From Octopus bimaculoides (taxonomy: Eukaryota): DNA of 64,000 bases. This document shows positions 61,096 to 64,000 of this stretch, piece by piece. The stretch covers positions 66,196,672 through 66,260,671 of the forward strand of contig NC_068983.1 of the NCBI RefSeq assembly GCF_001194135.2, written 5' to 3'. The notes under the pieces are model-generated. The model was not told where the DNA came from, made no database searches, and worked only from the letters and a program-made list of their open reading frames with translations. A program made the position numbers and the translations under genes. Positions within the stretch are counted from its first letter, which is position 1; each line of letters starts with the position of its first letter.

Positions 61096-64000
61096 TCATC
61101 ATCATCATCATCATCATCGTTTAACGTCTGTTTTCCATGCTGGCATGGGTTGGAGAGTTTGACTGAGGACTGGAAAGCCAGCAGCTGCACCAAGCTCCAA
61201 TTTGATCTTGCAGTGTTTCTACAGCTGGCTGCCCTTCCTAACATCAGCCACTCCAAGAGTGTAATGGGTGCTTTTTACATACCACTGGCACAGAGGCCAG
61301 TCAGATACACTTGACATCAATCACGTTTGGATAGGGCTTTTTATGTGCCACTGGCACAGGAGCCAGTCAGGGGTCACTGGCATCAGCCACGTTCAGATGG
61401 TGCTTTTTTGGTGTCACCAGCACAGGAGCCAGTCAGGTAACCCTGGCATCGATCACATTTAGATGGTGCTTTGTACATGCCATGAGCACATGAGCCAGTC
61501 GGGGTCACTAACCACAGCTATGAGTTTGGTCTTACTTGACTCAACAGGTCTTCTCAAGAACATCATATTGCCCAACACATCAAGGGGACTTTTAAATAGG
61601 CTAGACATGCAACACTGGAATCAGCCATGACTGCGATCTCACTTTAATTGCTGGGTTTTCTCAATCACAGCATATCTCCAAGGGTCTCGATCTCCTCTGT
61701 GAGGCCCAATGCTCGAAAGTCATGTTTCACTACCTCATCCCATGGCTTCCTGGGTCTAACTTTTCCACAGGTTCTTTCCACATTTAGGGTGTGACACTTC
61801 CTCACACAGCTCTCCTCATCTATACATAACATATGACCATTCCAGCACAGTTGTCACTCTTGCACACCACATTTGTTGATTCTTATGTCCAAATTTGTCA
61901 TATATGCACTCTGTCATGTATGTACTCTGACATTACACATCCAGCGGATCATACTAGCTTCATCACTTTCAAGGCTACGCATGTTTTCAGCAGTTATGGC
62001 CCATGTTTCACTGCTGTGTAGCATGATAGTTCACATACATGCATCATACAGTCTACCTTTCATCTTGAGTGAGAGGCCCTTAGTTACCAACAGAGATAGG
62101 AGCTCCTTGAACTTTGCCCAGGCTTTTCTTATTCTAGCTGCTACACTCTCAGAGTAACCACTACAGACTTGGTCGCCTAGGTAGCAGAAGCTATCAACTA
62201 CTTCTAGTTTTTCTCCCTGGCATGTGATAGAATCTGTTTTCTGTGCATCTTCAGTGTTTATTGCCCCTGTGCATCTGCCACACACAAAAACTATCTTCCC
62301 TGTGAACCTTCCTTTGATATTGCTGCCCCTTTTATGTATCCATAGTTTACACCGAGTACATCATATGGAGTTTCTACCCATGCCTTTTCTACAGATTGAG
62401 CAGGGCCATCTACCTGAAGGGGTTTGTGTTTTGTCAGCCTTCCTACTTACTAAGATTTTGGTTTTGGCTAAGTTAACCCTAAGGCCCTTCAATTCTAAAC
62501 CTCGTCTCTAGTTCAGGCAGTAATTTGGCTATTAGAGCAAGATCATCAGCATAGGGGAGCTCCCAGGGGCAGCCTGCCTTGAATTCTTCTGTTATTGCCT
62601 GGAGGACTATGATGAATAAGAGGGGGCTGAGGACTGATCCTTGGTGAACCCCTACTTCTACCTGGAATTCTTCACTATACTCATTGCCAATTCTCACCTT
62701 ACTGACAGCAGCCCTGTATATGGCTTGTACAGCTCTTACCAACCACTCGTCTATCCACAGTTTCCACATTAACCACAACATAAGGGATCAGGGGACCCTG
62801 TGAAAAGCTTTCTCCAAGTCAACAAAATCCAAATACAGAGGTTTATCTTTGGCTAGGTATTTCTCCTGAAGTTGCCTTACCAGAAATATAGCATCAGTGG
62901 TGCTTCTGCCTAACACAAAACCAAACTGCATCTCATCTAGGCTCTCTCCCTAATTAGTTGGACTATGATTCTCTCTGTGACTTTCATCATCTGCTCCAAT
63001 AATTTGATAACCCTGTAGTTATTTCTATATAAAGCATCACCTTTACCTTTGTGGCAGTTGATTATGGTGCTGCTACACTAGTCATTGGGTACGACTCCTT
63101 CATGAACTACCTGATTTATGATGTGGGTGACAAGACCATAACCCACACCAGCTGATATTTTAAGCATCTCAGCAGTGATTCCTGATGGGCCAGGGGCTTT
63201 CCCTGTCTTCATATCCTTAATTGCTTTATCTACCTGGGTACTGTCGATTTAGATAGCTGGTCCCTCAATTGGGTTAAACTTTGACAGACTCTCCTACTCC
63301 CATTCATTCTCCACATTCAGCAGTCTTTCATAATGGCTTCTCCAAGGCTCTTTCTTTGCAGAATCATGAAACACAAGGGCACCATTATCCATGTGGACAC
63401 ATTTCTCTCCTATAACATCACAGTTTTCTCTCACACACTGTCTTGCAATCAGAAATACTTCAGTTCTTTGGTCCTCACGTCGCTGAACATTGACAAACTT
63501 CTTTTCTGCTACTCCCTTAGCTGCATATACCTGTCACCTAGCTTCCTTTTTGGCTGTCTGATACAGTTCCTTGCTACCCCAACTTTTCCAAGCCTTCCAG
63601 GCCTGTTTCTTTGCTCTAATTTCCCTGTCTACAGTATTGTTCCGCCACCATGTTACCCTAAGTCTGGCAGGGACTTTGCACCAGCCACAGATTTGGTCTG
63701 TGGCACTCAACAAGCTAGCTGTCTTACAGGAATTCTCAGCTACCTTCTATGACACAGGACTGTAGCTCCTCCTCCTTCTTATCAAATTTCTCAGTTAGGA
63801 TATCCCTAAATCTCTGACTGTGTGAAGAGTTCTTAAGCTTCCAAGTCCTTCTTTTCCAGATTGGTCTGCTTTTTGGTATCCTTCTGGCCTCGAATTTAAA
63901 GTCACTATTAACTAGTCTATGCTGAGGGGTACATTCTTCATCAGGGAGGGTTTTTGTACTTAAGAGCAACCATGCATTCTGCTGTCTGGTGAGAATGAAA
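61096..64000 (-). mobile_element. RTE LINE, longest copy in the window (runs off the window edge), with stops and frameshifts
   Basis: LDFVDLEKAFHRVP, GVHQGSVLSPLLF, PYADDLAL, VNLAKTK, C4HC3-like insert, SFCYLGD, C-terminal region, 3'UTR subrepeats and (GAT)n tail. Confidence 0.93.

Overview
AT-rich, microsatellite-dense animal genomic DNA with assembly gaps. The repeat set looks like an octopod (Octopus-like) genome, which is inference from recalled repeat families and not a database hit. No host protein-coding gene can be supported; nearly all listed ORFs are artefacts of microsatellites, N gaps or decayed transposons. Contents: many tRNA-derived SINEs (a CORE-type family with an internal microsatellite and a second, Meta/Sauria-like family); many 5'-truncated RTE LINE copies with (GAT)n tails, whose RT carries a PHD-like C4HC3 insert; four R4/Dong-type relics; three mariner relics, one built from two inverted left ends; and a Penelope GIY-YIG fragment between inverted pseudo-LTRs. 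One CpG-rich promoter-like patch with a strong splice donor lies at ~14.4-14.65 kb. The most notable signal is a set of minimal type I hammerhead-like motifs at 49.6-52.4 kb, including a variant whose conserved C3-G8 pair is replaced by a compensatory A3-U8 pair in both arms of the Penelope inverted repeat.
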